A stretch of 63,683 nucleotides of DNA, counting the filler, from Octopus bimaculoides (Eukaryota): the NCBI RefSeq assembly GCF_001194135.2. It is 5 parts of 4 records of this genome, joined end to end, with 100 filler letters (N's around TTAATTAATTAA, not from the genome) between each part and the next. Parts side by side here need not be neighbours in the genome. Positions count along the whole stretch, not along the records: positions 26,128 to 41,646 come from NC_068983.1; positions 41,747 to 62,055 come from NC_068984.1; 3 more parts are not named here. The stretch is one strand, 5' to 3'. A program made the translations under genes and the position numbers. A model generated the notes under the pieces. The model had not been told where the DNA came from, did no database searches, and was given only the letters and a program-made list of their open reading frames with translations. Within the stretch, counting starts at the first letter, position 1. Each line of letters opens with the position of its first letter. This document shows, piece by piece, positions 37,872-50,680 of this stretch.

Positions 37872-38240
37872 CTGTGGTTCTGGGTTCAGTCCCACTGCAT
37901 GGCACCTTGGGCAAGTGTCTTCTACTATAGCCTCAGGCCGACCAAAGCCTTGTGAGTGGATTTGGTAGACGGGAACTGAAAGAAGCCCATCGTATATATG
38001 TATATATATATACGTATGTGTGTGTGTATGTGTTTGTGTGTCTGTGTTTGTCCCCCCAACATCGCTTGACAACTGATGCTGGTGTGTTTACGTCCCCGTA
38101 ACTTAGCGGTTCGGCAAAAGAGTCCAATAGAATAAGTACTAGGCTTCCAAAAAATAAGTCCTGGGGTCGATTTGCTCGACTAAAGGCGGTGCTCCAGCAT
38201 GGCCGCAGTCAAATGACTGAAACAAGTAAAAAGAGTAAAG
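37872..38240 (+). mobile_element. SINE family A (5'-truncated) with internal (TA/TG)n
   Basis: GGTTCAGTCCC B-box, CORE-like GCACCTTGGGCAAGTGTCTT, 3' AGTAAAAGAG tail. Confidence 0.9.
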
Positions 38241-38469
38241 AGTATATATATATAAACAAGTAGATTTATAAATCTTATGTCAAAACTTTATTGAAGACTA
38301 GCAATGCACCCTGGCATTGTCCAGGTGTTATGACCTACAGCTACATTGTATTCATTCCTTACTTATGGGCAGAATCAGCACACAAGGAGAATGGAGCAAA
38401 CAACTATTCTTTATAAACATGTTTTTCACTCTTTTTGTGATGAACAATGCTGCAGTTCCTGTCGACCAA

Positions 38470-38800
38470 ATTCAGTCACAAGTCTGTGGTTGGCCTAAGG
38501 CTGTAGTAGAAAACACTTGCCCAAGGTACCATGCAGAGGGATTGAACATAGAACCATGTGGTTGGGAAGCAAACTTCTCAACCACACAGTCATTCTTGCA
38601 CCTAATATGTGTGTGTGTGTGTGTTTACATTTGTTGTTAGATCGAGTATTGTGTCCCACTATGTCTCAAAGTTAGCAGTTCATCAAGCAGAGATCTATAA
38701 AATAAATGCCAGATTGAAATACGTACCGAGGTCAGTTTGATCAATTAAATTTTTGAAGGTGATACCCCAACATGGCAACAGTTAAAAAACTAAATCCAGT
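38470..38800. mobile_element. Two diverged family A halves (5' half on minus 38470-38600; 3' half on plus 38608-38800)
   Basis: Homology to 37872-38240. Confidence 0.65.
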
Positions 38801-39864
38801 AAAATAATGTTTAAAGATTTAATGCCTTCAAATTTAAGGTAATGGATTACTAACCACAAGATGATGATTTCAAAACTTTGAATTGAACTTCCACTATATA
38901 TGATAACACTATATGCTACAAATAGCAGCCAAACTTCTCTTAAAATACACCCTTTCATCAAAAGAAAGACACAGATTTACAGTATTTCAGGAAGAAAAAA
39001 AATGTATGTGATGAGTCTCCTACATCAGAGGTGACTCTGGACTGAACAAAACACAGACAAACATAGTTCACATTAAAAGATTATCTACTAAATAATACTA
39101 ATAAAGTTGATGGTATATCTTCAAAGTCTCATTCCCTACTAAAACTCCATGTATTTTAAACATTTTCTCATTATGCTCTGTCTATGACAAAGATTGTTCA
39201 TGCAGAGTTGCCTCCCTTAGCTAAAGACCTCAAAATTGTGCACCCCAACCTTGTTTCTGAGGTTATTTTTGTTGTAAAAAAGAGTTGTTGTGCAAAAATA
39301 TACTTTATTTGGTAGCCAAAAGATTACTGAATCTTTTGATACTTCATACGACAAAATTGGCAACTCAGTTTTTGAACCCATAAGGAACATACAGGCGCGC
39401 GCGCACGCACACACACACAGAGACAGAGAGAAACTCTGTTTTATAAATTAAGATTTTCAGCACGTGCTCTACTTGTACCTCTGAAAATTTCAGATCTATC
39501 CACTAGCATTATGAAACACATTTTGAAGCATTTCAGGAGTTATCTCCTGCACTGCTAGTTGAATGCATTCTTTAAGGGGATGCAGGTAGAGAAAATGATT
39601 ACAGCCAAATTGAAAAAAAAGTTGTCATGGGCAGATAAGCAGGGTCCAACTGGAATGAAAATAAAATTATAAAAATAATTATAAAAATTATAAAATAATA
39701 AACAAAATTTAAAATTTATACACTTTTAACAAATATTAAACATGATAAACATAAATGAAAGTGAGTTTTTAAAAAAATTGTCTGATTTCACTGAAATAAA
39801 TAGCGAATTCTGAGACACCCTGTAAATACATAGATATATATAAATATATCACACATTGATTATT

Positions 39865-40035
39865 AAGGAACGTCACCTTCACACAAGTAATGTTGTTCTT
39901 TTTGAGTCTTCCATGAGAAACATGTCTGGCCAAGGGGAAGTATTAGCTTGCCGACAGTGAAGGCATTCAGCCATAGAGAATCTGTCTTTACAAATTCTAT
40001 CTACAAGCATGGAAAAGTGGACATTGATGATGATG
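39865..40035 (+). mobile_element. RTE-type 3' end (another subfamily) with (GAT)n tail
   Basis: GAAGGCATTCAGCCATAGA...AAGCATGGAAAAGTGGACATTGATGATGAT. Confidence 0.6.
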
Positions 40036-40663
40036 TATGTATGTATGTATGTATGTATGTATGCATGTATGTATGTGTGTATGTATACACACACACACAC
40101 GTACTCACAAACACATCCACATTCACACACATGAACATACACACACTCACTCACATGCATACTTATGTATCTCTGTATGTTCATTTATTAAAATATCTAT
40201 GTGCAGCCAGCAATAATACTGAGTGCATTATTACTGTGAGAACCTTTTATAACAAATATCTGTCACAAGATAAGTTAAGATGTTCTAGACAGAAAAATTA
40301 ATATCCCCACATTGAAGTAGTTGTAAAACTTCCTGTTGGACACTTAGTCATAAAACAACAACACTTCTTTAAACTGTCATGAGAAGAGTGAGCAGTTTCC
40401 TAAGTGGCCTCTCTCTCTCTCTCACACACAGTTACTGTATGTGTCTACTTATTATTTCCTCTTGAAAGCCAAGCTAGAGCAAGATAGTCTTTATTATCAT
40501 TTCAGTAAGTGAAGTAGAAGGCCTTTAAATAGAATTTTCAGTCCTTTCAAGATGAAATGTTTGTTTTACATCTACTGTGTTATTTTAAATATTCACTTGT
40601 TTGTAAAAATTAACAAACATTGAAGAACAATACAGTTATAACAAATATTGTTGTAGATGTAAC

Positions 40664-40922
40664 TGGCACTCCATTGATTACACCCACAATGGTTCCGGTT
40701 AACCCAATCAATGGAGCAGCCTGCTTATGTTAATGTGAAAGTGGCTGAGCACTCCATTCTCGGAGTGGTTGGCATTAGGAAGGGCATCCAGCTGTAGAAA
40801 CTCTGCCAAATCTGATTGGAGCCTGGTGTAACCACCTGGTTCACTAGTCCTCAGTCAAATCGTCCAACCCATGCTAGCATGGAAAGCAGACGTTAAACGA
40901 CGACGACGATGATGATGATGCT
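40664..40922. mobile_element. SINE B 3' fragment (minus, 40664-40755) fused to a family D RTE 3' end (plus, 40756-40922)
   Basis: Both parts match other copies in the window. Confidence 0.8.
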
Positions 40923-41747
40923 ATTATGCTAATGGTGTCGTTGATAATTTTTCCCTTACCTCATTGATGCCGGTGACATATATTAAAGGTCCTCTCCTAG
41001 AACTATATTCATAAAAAAGTATAAAACTATACTATCACTCTCAAATTTGAGAAACAAACACTCATAACTTTTTCTTTTAAAACTTCATTGCATGGTATCA
41101 ATGAGATTGATACCATGAAATTCCTTAAATTGAGCTCTATCTTTTAAGCTTAATGAGAATATAGACTCGAACAGAAATCATCCAGTAATTGTCATTTGAA
41201 TGGAAATTTTGTTTTCACTATAAAACATATATTGCTATGTTTGTACCACCCCCTTGAGACCCAACTACACACTAGCTGAAAAATATAGAATATCTCATAA
41301 GTAATATAAACATCTTAAATTCAGTGGCAACCTTAATGAAGATGTTATGCGTTAATTTAATGTGTTAAATTTATCTTTATTAATGTATATTGAATTGGTG
41401 CGATGGAGGAAGAAGACAACAAGAAGCAAAAGGACAGAATGAAGTGTTGGACCTTACCTTGCCGACCGCAGCGGGGTACACAATTGCTCCTAATCAGAAC
41501 ACGTCTTTCTCGTAACGTCGCTGTTTTCTCACTGCCCCCACGTGCTAGCCTTCGACCGCGTGTTGCCGACTTCCGATCTGACCCTTCCGGTTTGGCCCTT
41601 CCAGTCTGGCTTCACCTCTGTTTGCCTCACCCCTCTCCACCACAACNNNNNNNNNNNNNNNNNNNNNNNNNNNNNNNNNNNNNNNNNNNNTTAATTAATT
41701 AANNNNNNNNNNNNNNNNNNNNNNNNNNNNNNNNNNNNNNNNNNNNT

Positions 41748-41922
41748 ATACATATATACGATGGGCTTCTTTCAGTTTCCGTCTACCAAATCCACTCACA
41801 AGGATTTGGTCGGCTCGAGGCTATAGTAGAAGACACTTGCCCAAGGTGCCATGCAGTGGGAATGAACCCAGAACCATGTGGTTGGTAAGCAAGCTACTTA
41901 CCACACAGCCACTTCTGCGCCT
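41748..41922 (-). mobile_element. SINE family A 5' half
   Basis: Homologous to 48225-48387. Confidence 0.88.
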
Positions 41923-41925
41923 TAT

Positions 41926-42113
41926 GTATAATCCCAAGTAAATTCAGGCAGTATGTTGGATGTGGTGTTTATATTGAAGGAATAGAACGAAGAATTTAGT
42001 TTTATTCCTTCAACATGAACGCAATCAGTGTGGAATTTAATTCTCTTCTTTCAACATGAATACCACATATAACATACTGCCAAAATACTGCCTGCATTTA
42101 CTTGGGTTTATAC
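41926..42113. mobile_element. MITE-like element with ~60-bp inverted termini
   Basis: GTATAATCCCAAGTAAATTCAGGCAGTATG... / ...ATACTGCCTGCATTTACTTGGGTTTATAC. Confidence 0.7.
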
Positions 42114-42294
42114 CTAAGGGCATATGGCTTCATGAAAGTATGGATCAACCTCCATACCCTCTGGAAGAAGATGAGATGTGAACTTTATTCTCCTGTCTGT
42201 ATTCTCTTATCTACTGTTTTACTCTTTATTTTTCTATTTTATTCCTTATAAACTGTGAATTTCTCTGTCTAGATCTTTCAGACATACTCATCTT

Positions 42295-42370
42295 GTCTCT
42301 GATGTTGGAATACCCAGTGTACAGACATGTTAGCCTATCACTTGAGATATCTCAGAAACAGCTGTAAGAC
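42295..42370 (+). ncRNA. Minimal hammerhead motif, same family as 34096, with a long stem II and an A9>U change
   Basis: GTCT-CTGATGT-[49 nt]-GAAA-CAGCTG-TA-AGAC. Confidence 0.65.
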
Positions 42371-42519
42371 TTTAAATTCACCTTACCCTAATTAACTATT
42401 CTAAATGACTTGTGACACCTGTCCTACTTTGGTTTTTGTTATCCTTTTTCCTCTAATATGACATATACCTGCAAACTCAGAAGCCTAATACAGATCCTTA
42501 GGTGCAGCCTCAACTGTTA

Positions 42520-42765
42520 GCTTGTGTGTGTGTGTGTATATATGTATGTATATATGTATATATCTATGTGGCTGTGTTTGTCCCCCATCACCACTTGACA
42601 ACTGGTGTTGGTGTGTTTACATCCCTGTAACTTAGCAATTTGGTAAGAGACAGATAGAATAAGAACTAGGCTTAAAAAATAAGTCCTGGGGTCGATTTGT
42701 TCAACTAAAACCATTCAAGGCATTACTCCAGCATGGCTACATGAAATGAGTGAAGCAAATAAAAA
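42520..42765 (+). mobile_element. SINE family A 3' half
   Basis: Homologous to 38030-38240. Confidence 0.82.
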
Positions 42766-43128
42766 CAAGAGCACTCAAAGAGTGAAAACCTCTGCCAAGG
42801 CAATGCCAATGTCCTCTCAACGATTAGCCAGACGTGATTTTTAACATGAGAATATCTGAAATAAACTCAACTGCTCTCACAAATGAGAATACAAAAAATG
42901 AACCTTACTGCTCTCAAAAATTAAGTGAAAAAAGGGAAAAATAATCCAGAATCCTTGTCCGGTACCAGATCGATCCCAAAATCTAATCAGTTCAAGTTAG
43001 TGATGAGGTCAAACATTCCTGAAAATTTCATCCAAATCCATCCAGCAGTTCTTGAGTTATCTTGTCCACAGATAAACAAACAAACATGACTGAAAATAAT
43101 ACCTTCATCTTCACTAAGGCAGAGGTAA
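42766..43128 (-). mobile_element. HINE/DINE-1-like element, second copy
   Basis: Subterminal IR ACCTCTGCC (42788-42796) / GGCAGAGGT (43118-43126); terminal hairpin CACTC-AAA-GAGTG; homologous to 371-706. Confidence 0.7.
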
Positions 43129-43647
43129 AAAAAAAGAATAAAGGAAAATAAAATGGAACAAGTATATTTTCATGTAACAAAATATACAAAAAAATGATTA
43201 ATGTAAAAAATGTACTAGATTCTATAAGCTAATTGCTACAAAAATGCTAGATTTCTTGGAACTAAATTTTCCCCAAACCATATTTCAAATCAAGCAATAA
43301 AATACTTATAAGTTAATGAGAGGATCTCTATCTTATGGGTTAATCTGCTATTAAAAACAAGGAAATTTTCATCAGTTTATACTCCAAAAAAAAAAAAAAA
43401 AGGGACATATTGAATAATGTAGACCTAGACAAATTATGCAAGGAGACAAAAAAGAATATTGAAAAAGAAAACAATGTTAATGGATGATCACAGGTTTGCT
43501 AGGCCAGAGCCAGCCTGTGACTAAACTACAATTACAACAAAGAGTATAAAAAGAGTGTGGATTAAATATTTATCAAATGATATTCTTGAAAGCTATCTGT
43601 GATGTGCAATAAATTGACATAGTTTATCATTTTATTCACACAAACGC

Positions 43648-43689
<42 letters not shown>

Positions 43690-43984
43690 GTATATCTATA
43701 TGTAGATATGAGTGTCACCGTTATTATCTCCCTTCAAATCAGCCTCTTCCCTCTGGTCATTTCATCATGTTAAACAGTTAATCCCTACGCATCTTTTTCT
43801 GTCCTCTCTCCGTTTTTCCCTCTCAGTCCTTTCTGTCAAAGAGTGTAGACTCAAAATGTCAACGGCTTTTCCGTTCTTCCACAGTGTCTGCTTGTTGCTC
43901 CCTCACTCTTCATCTATTGTTTTCTGTAAGTTTGAACGATATATATATATATATATCTTTTATTTTGTTCTAGTCAGTTTCTTT

Positions 43985-44127
43985 CTAATAAATCCACTCA
44001 CAAGGCTTTGGTTGGCCCAAGGCTATGGTAGAAGATATTTGCCCGAGGTGCCATGCAGTGATATTGAACCCAGAACCATGTGGTTTGAAAGCAGGCTTCT
44101 TGGCACACACCCACACCTGCACCTATG
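43985..44127 (-). mobile_element. SINE family A 5' half
   Basis: AAATCCACTCACAAGGCTTTGG...CACACCCACACCTGCACC. Confidence 0.85.
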
Positions 44128-44141
44128 TATATAATATATAT

Positions 44142-44176
<35 letters not shown>

Positions 44177-44574
44177 ANNNNNNNNNNNNNNNNNNNNNNN
44201 NNNNNNNNNNNNNNNNNNNNNNNNNNNNNNNNNNNNNNNNNNNNNNNNNNNNNNNNNNNNNNNNNNNNNNNNNNNNNNNNNNNNNNNNNNNNNNNNNNNN
44301 NNNNNNNNNNNNNNNNNNNNNNNNNNNNNNNNNNNNNNNNNNNNNNNNNNNNNNNNNNNNNNNNNNNNNNNNNNNNNNNNNNNNNNNNNNNNNNNNNNNN
44401 NNNNNNNNNNNNNNNNNNNNNNNNNNNNNNNNNNNNNNNNNNNNNNNNNNNNNNNNNNNNNNNNNNNNNNNNNNNNNNNNNNNNNNNNNNNNNNNNNNNN
44501 NNNNNNNNNNNNNNNNNNNNNNNNNNNNNNNNNNNNNNNNNNNNNNNNNNNNNTATATACACACACATTTATAT

Positions 44575-44631
<57 letters not shown>

Positions 44632-45677
44632 ATGAACCTGTAGTATTGCATAAGGTCCTAAGCTATGCAAAGAAAAAGTCACTTTGTGTGTTTTTAAACC
44701 TCTGCACATCTGCCTGTATTTATTATAAACCAATTTTAAATAGCTGACTGCACTTTAACACTAAAATCACTGTTTAAATCTACGTAAGAGTTATGCAGTA
44801 AAATTCAAATTAATGAGCAAATTGCTGTCAAAAAACTTACTAGAAAAATAGATAGATAGAAAGATAAATAGGTAAGTAGACAAATATAGATAAATGAAAA
44901 CAAATAGTTAAAAAATATATAAAATAAAAAGAAAAACAAAACACTGATAACAACATTAACAACAACAAAAATGGTAGCAGAAAATTAAAAAAAAAAAAAA
45001 ACAAGAAAAAATACTTTAAATTTCCAACAAAGTTATCAGAGTTTAAATTGCTATAGTTATTGATACTGAAATTATATAAAAAAAATAAACAAAGATAAGG
45101 AAAACAGTTAAATGTAAATAAAATATGAAAAATAAATAAGGAAACAAGAAATCAGTCACTTAAAACTATTATGACAAGAAAACTAAATACCCCCAAAATA
45201 AACTGTAAAAGTAAGGACCCCTCCTCCTCCCTCGTCTCCTCTTTATAGCCACTCATGTAAGAGTGAAAATGATTAAAAAAAGTTGAAAATTATATTTTGA
45301 AAATTTTAAAGACAAAAAAAAATACAANNNNNNNNNNNNNNNNNNNNNNNNNNNNNNNNNNNNNNNNNNNNNNNNNNNNNNNNNNNNNNNNNNNNNNNNN
45401 NNNNNNNNNNNNNNNNNNNNNNNNNNNNNNNNNNNNNNNNNNNNNNNNNNNNNNNNNNNNNNNNNNNNNNNNNNNNNNNNNNNNNNNNNNNNNNNNNNNN
45501 NNNNNNNNNNNNNNNNNNNNNNNNNNNNNNNNNNNNNNNNNNNNNNNNNNNNNNNNNNNNNNNNNNNNNNNNNNNNNNNNNNNNNNNNNNNNNNNNNNNN
45601 NNNNNNNNNNNNNNNNNNNNNNNNNNNNNNNNNNNNNNNNNNNNNNNNNNNNNNNNNNNNNNNNNNNNNNNNNNNNN

Positions 45678-45726
<49 letters not shown>

Positions 45727-46413
45727 ACACACACACACATATATATATATGCCAATACAACCAATGCATGCATGCATGCATACAAACACACATATGAAAG
45801 CTGTGTTTAATTTCTAGAAGCAACTAGCCTGCAGACCATTGTAGCTTCAATTGGTAAAGATGAAATCTCATTAAACAGATATATGGTTAGAATTAATGAT
45901 ATAAAAATTGAGTTGAACCCAAGGATATTGAATTTCAGATCATAATCATAGCTGAAATAGACTTAGAATGATTCTTGTAACAGTCTGGCTTCTTTAATCA
46001 AACATGTATAATAAATAGTTAACAATATGTAATAGTTACGTGTTGTCAGTGTATTATAGATCCACATATATTTGACACAACATGAGATGGGGGATGCAAA
46101 AATCCTGACTAAAGGCTAGAAAGAAACGAAAAAAAACCAAACAAATAAACCAAAAAATAAAAGCAGCAAAAGTAAATGTAAAAGAAAAATACAAACAGTG
46201 ATAAGAACAATAATATTGAAAGTGATAATAAATTTTATTTTCAATTAAACCAGAAAAAGCAACACAAAAATTAAGAGAAAAATTACAAAGAATCAAAGAA
46301 TAGGAGGTTGTCGTGGATAGAATATGTATCCTTGTGTATATGTGTATGTATGTGCATTTGTAAATGTATACACATTTAGGTATACATATATATATATATA
46401 TACTAGATATGTA

Positions 46414-46837
46414 TACGAGGGGGTTATGAAAAGTTCCTGGCTTTGGGTAAAAGAAAATACAGGAGGATTAGTAAATTATGATTTTATTTAACATATTCCC
46501 CTCTCAGATTCACACACTTATTGCAGTGGTCCTTCAGTTTTCCTAAGCCCTGTAAAAGAATTTAGAAAGTTGTCCTCTAACCAGGCCATTCGCAATACCC
46601 TTAAAGCCAGGAACTACACGAGGGGTGCTAAAAAGTTTCTGGCTTTGGGTAAAAGAAAATATAAGAGGAGCAGTAAATAATGACTTTATTAAACATATTC
46701 CCCTTTAAGATTCACACACTTATCACAGTGGTCCCTCATTTTTTCTAATCCCTGTAAAAGAATTTAGAAGGTTGGGCCAATAACCAGGCCTTTCGCAATA
46801 CCCTTAAAGCTAGAAACTTTTCAGCACCCACCTCATA
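46414..46837. mobile_element. Head-to-tail dimer of a ~210-bp mariner-type MITE
   Basis: Copies 46414-46614 and 46617-46837; termini TACGAGGGGG..GAAAAGTTCCTGGCTTT / AAAGCTAGAAACTTTTCAGCACCCACCTCATA. Confidence 0.85.
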
Positions 46838-46864
46838 TATATATATTTTTTTACATACATACTA

Positions 46865-46985
46865 TATATTTTTTATTGATATTTAGAAGAAGCAACAGTA
46901 ACACAAGTTCGATAAGTGCTAATGCCTGAAACTCTCAGCCCTTGAGACCCTCCGTTGCTTCTGCTAAATATTAATAAAAAGTATA
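46865..46985. repeat. Short element with ~33-bp inverted termini
   Basis: TATATTTTTTATTGATATTTAGAAGAAGCAAC / GTTGCTTCTGCTAAATATTAATAAAAAGTATA. Confidence 0.7.
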
Positions 46986-47589
46986 TATATATATATATAC
47001 TCATGTTTTGAGTTCTATTTCTCCTATGTTTATACTTCTTATCTACAGTAAAAAAGATGATGAATGGTTACTAAAAGTTTTAAAACCACTCTTATGCATA
47101 CAGGGTGTTTCAGTTAATGTTTTACCCAGCATAGTTGGCTTGTATGTCTGCATTATTCAAAGTATGAACAACTTAGGCTACAAAAGAAAGTAGTCCCAAC
47201 TTCTGTTTGCGTTATGAATGTTTTGAAACCAGCCATATCTAACCTATCACACATACCCTTCAATGTCATCCTAAAAATATACAATCACTTCATCAAAATT
47301 TCAAAGCTATGAGATAATACATGTTTAATTAAAAACAATGTGAATGAAAATGCATGACATTTGACAGAATAACCTGACTGCTAAAGAGTTAAAATGTTTT
47401 GCTCTGCTACTTAACTTTAAATTTGATGAAGTTCTTGTGACAAACACTGAAAGATTTACCTCCAAGTGTAACTTTATCTGTTGAATTACAATTAAAACAT
47501 TCAAAAAATATATAAAGAATTAAGAATAAATGTTGCAGAAATCCAATTTGGATAGATCATCTCCAACATTGTCATTATTATAGTCGTCG

Positions 47590-47810
47590 TCGTCACCAAC
47601 ACCACCACCACTATCACCACCATCTTTCAATATCTAGCTTCTATTCTGGTATTAATTGGATAAGTTACCAGGATTCGGATAGGTCTGAGAAATGTATCAC
47701 ACTCCAGTGTATCCTTTGTCATGGTTTCTATTGCGGAATGCCTTTCCTTATGCCAGCTACTTGACTGATTGTGCTGGGTACTTTTTCATGGCACCAGCAT
47801 TAATGAAGTC
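47590..47810 (-). mobile_element. Diverged RTE-type 3' end
   Basis: GGTTTCTATTGCGGAATGCCTTTCCTTATGCCAGCTAC; similar to 33060-33135. Confidence 0.55.
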
Positions 47811-47984
47811 ACCATACAGTTTGCAGGACTGAGATAACCTTCAGCTGAGTGGGGCTGTAGTAAAGATGGAGGTGGCTTTAATCTAGGAGTTGAGAGTTTC
47901 AAGTATGAAATAATGACCCTGATCTGGTTTTTGCAACATGGCATAATGTTTGATAATAGAGAAACTGCATGGCATAGTGTTTGA

Positions 47985-48387
47985 TACTCTTTTACTTGTT
48001 TCAGTCATTTGATTGCGGCCATGCTGGAGCACCGCCTTTAGTCGAGCAAGTCGAACCCAGGACTTATTTTTTGTAAGCCTAGTACTTATTCTATCGGTCT
48101 CTTTTGCCGAACCGCTAAGTTACAGGGACGTAAACACACCAGCATCGGTTGTCAAGCGATGTTGGTGGGACAAACACAGACACACAAACATATACACACA
48201 CATACATATATATAAACATATATACGACGGGCTTCTTTCAGTTTCCGTCTACCAAATCAACTCACAAGGCTTTGGTTGGCCCAAGGCTATAGTAGAAGAC
48301 ACTTGCCCAAGGTGCCACACAGTAGGAATGAGCCCAAAGCCATGTGGTTGGTATGCAAGCTACTTACCACACAGCCACTCCTGCACC
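47985..48387 (-). mobile_element. Full-length SINE family A (young)
   Basis: Complete head (GGTGCAGGAGTGGCTGTGTGGTAAG), core, internal microsatellite and tail; CpGs largely retained. Confidence 0.93.
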
Positions 48388-48526
48388 TATAGTAGAATTT
48401 TAGGTTGGAAAGGAAATATGTGAAAAATAAGAAAGAAGAAAACACAAAAGACTGGTCAAAAAACACTAGAGGAAAGCAAGAAATAAATATCATACAAACA
48501 AGAAAATATTTTTTCAAACCCATAAT

Positions 48527-48657
48527 TGCTGTAGAAACTCTGCCAAACCAGATTGGAGCCTGGTGTACCCACCTGGTTCACCAGTCCTCAGTCAAATCGT
48601 CCAACCCATGCTAGCATGGAAAGCGGATGTTAGACGATGATGATGATGATGATGATG
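48527..48657 (+). mobile_element. Family D RTE-type 3' end
   Basis: Near-identical to 25712-25841. Confidence 0.85.
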
Positions 48658-48929
48658 AATTGCAGTTAGAACAGTAGAAAGATTTCTGTTGTTCTAATGG
48701 CAATGCTGCATTCAAAGAAATATCTTCTCTTTGTTTGTATTGTACAATACACAATTTGATGCTTCTAATAAAACAAATGTTAGTTTGTTTATATTTATAC
48801 ATACACGAAATAAATATTTTTATCCGAAACTTATCGACTCAAAAAGCTGCATTTAAGTCCTCATCACCTAGATCTATGCAAAAACACTGTTACATTTAGA
48901 GTGGCTGTGATCAGTTTCATATGACTTAC

Positions 48930-49460
48930 ATATTGGCATGTTTGCAATCATTGCCAGTTTTCAATTTTGCATCTAAATACATCACTATTTCTCCCAGATT
49001 AGTCTCTTTTTTGTTGTGTAATGGCATATATTTACACAATGATACTTCTGCAGATGTCGGTTCACAGTTTTCATTTTCAATGACCAGCTTTGCTACATTT
49101 CATTTCTCAATCTTACTGGAGAAAAAGACGTTGTTGTAAAAGACTTTTGAATGGTCCTTCTGATATGCCAATAAACCAGATCAGGTTTTTATATTGACAT
49201 TACTTACTTAGGTTTTAACAGCTCAAGGAAGATGGTATGAGAATACATTTATGTAACTAAACTCTGCATTGGGTTTTCTAAGGATTTGATTAGGCTTATA
49301 TTTAATGTGACATTCAGAAAATAAACTATTGTTAAGTTATTTTCTATGGAAATTTTAAGAACAACAGAACTTAATATTTCTATTCAGTCATTTTGTAGCC
49401 TATCTAAAGTGTGCCTATTTGCTTTATTAGAAACAGAGGATGCATCAGCTTTGTACACAC
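48930..49460 (-). pseudogene. PLE remnant (late RT domains joined to GIY-YIG start)
   Basis: LKISIENNLTIVYFLNVTLN...KPNAEFSYINVFSYH, then FIGISEGPFK after a deletion. Confidence 0.6.
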
Positions 49461-50029
49461 AAGAAAACATTAATTTTTCTTCTGATTTATTTTTCTTTTG
49501 TGAGTTTTCCTTTCAAATTTTCATTTTTCTTCCTTTCAAAACTACTCTTTTATCACTTTTTATCTGGAAAAATTCCTAATCTTTACTATTTATGACTGAT
49601 TGTTAATACATACATACATGAATACATACACACATACATATAGGAAGAATTCACAAAAAAACAAGCGATGAAGACAGGTGGTGTAGAAAACAAACAGATG
49701 TATTAGTATAACACTCGGGAATTGATAAAGTCTTAAACGTTTCGAGCTTACGCACTTCCACAGAAAGAAACAAGCGGAGAAAAAAAATGTGTGTAGTGGT
49801 TAGTGATCTATCATGGCGATCTATCATACATACATACATACATATACATATGTGTGTGTGAGTGTGTATGTATGCATAAATGTGCATGTGAGCGTGTGTG
49901 TGTGTTATGATCTGATCATTTATCTAAACAAATTGTTCACTGGGCATTCTTGTTTGAATAATTGTGACTCGATTCTGTGTTCGTGTGTCCATCCATCCAT
50001 ACACACTCACACACACATATGTATGTGTG

Positions 50030-50069
<40 letters not shown>

Positions 50070-50329
50070 TATGCACATATATGTATTTATAATCTTAAAT
50101 TATATTACTGTTTATGACATTATAATTGGACAGAATATTATTGTTGGTTTCACATTGACGTTTGCACCTAGGCAATATTACTTAGGTGCAGTAGTTGGTG
50201 TGAAACAGATGGTAATATCCTAATCAGTTATATGTCATAAGCAGTAATATATTACTTGATGGAAGTCAACAGGTGGATATTGTTGATACTGATAGAAATG
50301 TCAAGAAATTTAATGGAGGCAATGGATAG

Positions 50330-50680
50330 GGTAAATGTAAATTTAAAACTGGAGAGAAAAGAGTTAATGGGAGATGAACCTATCCAGCTCTTATCTGGTG
50401 ATTGTGGTAGCTTAGGTACAGTCATCATCACAATAATTGTACATCTCTAATGTAGGTCTTGTCAATTTGGGAAAGATTTGTCCCTATCTGAGTTTATGGA
50501 CTGGAGAGATGTCACTGCGAGGGATGACTGTCAAGAGTGATTTAATGTCCATTGTAAAAAGGAGCTTTCACTATCTAGGGAGGAAATGGAATGGGTTGAA
50601 GAGGTTTAGGGCATAATTGGTATCTTCAATTCATGAGGGTTAGATGGTGCTAAAGGGTGATAATATTTTGTCAGAATATG
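50330..50680 (-). pseudogene. PLE RT remnant
   Basis: Frameshifted PLA...EDTNYALNLFNPF...FTMDIKSLLTVIP...INSF..FKFTF; related to 14985-15580. Confidence 0.6.

Noticed and set aside
41091-41117. Perfect 12-bp hairpin CATGGTATCAAT-GAG-ATTGATACCATG
   Set aside because: Real but isolated; probably part of a decayed DNA-transposon end, and no function can be supported.
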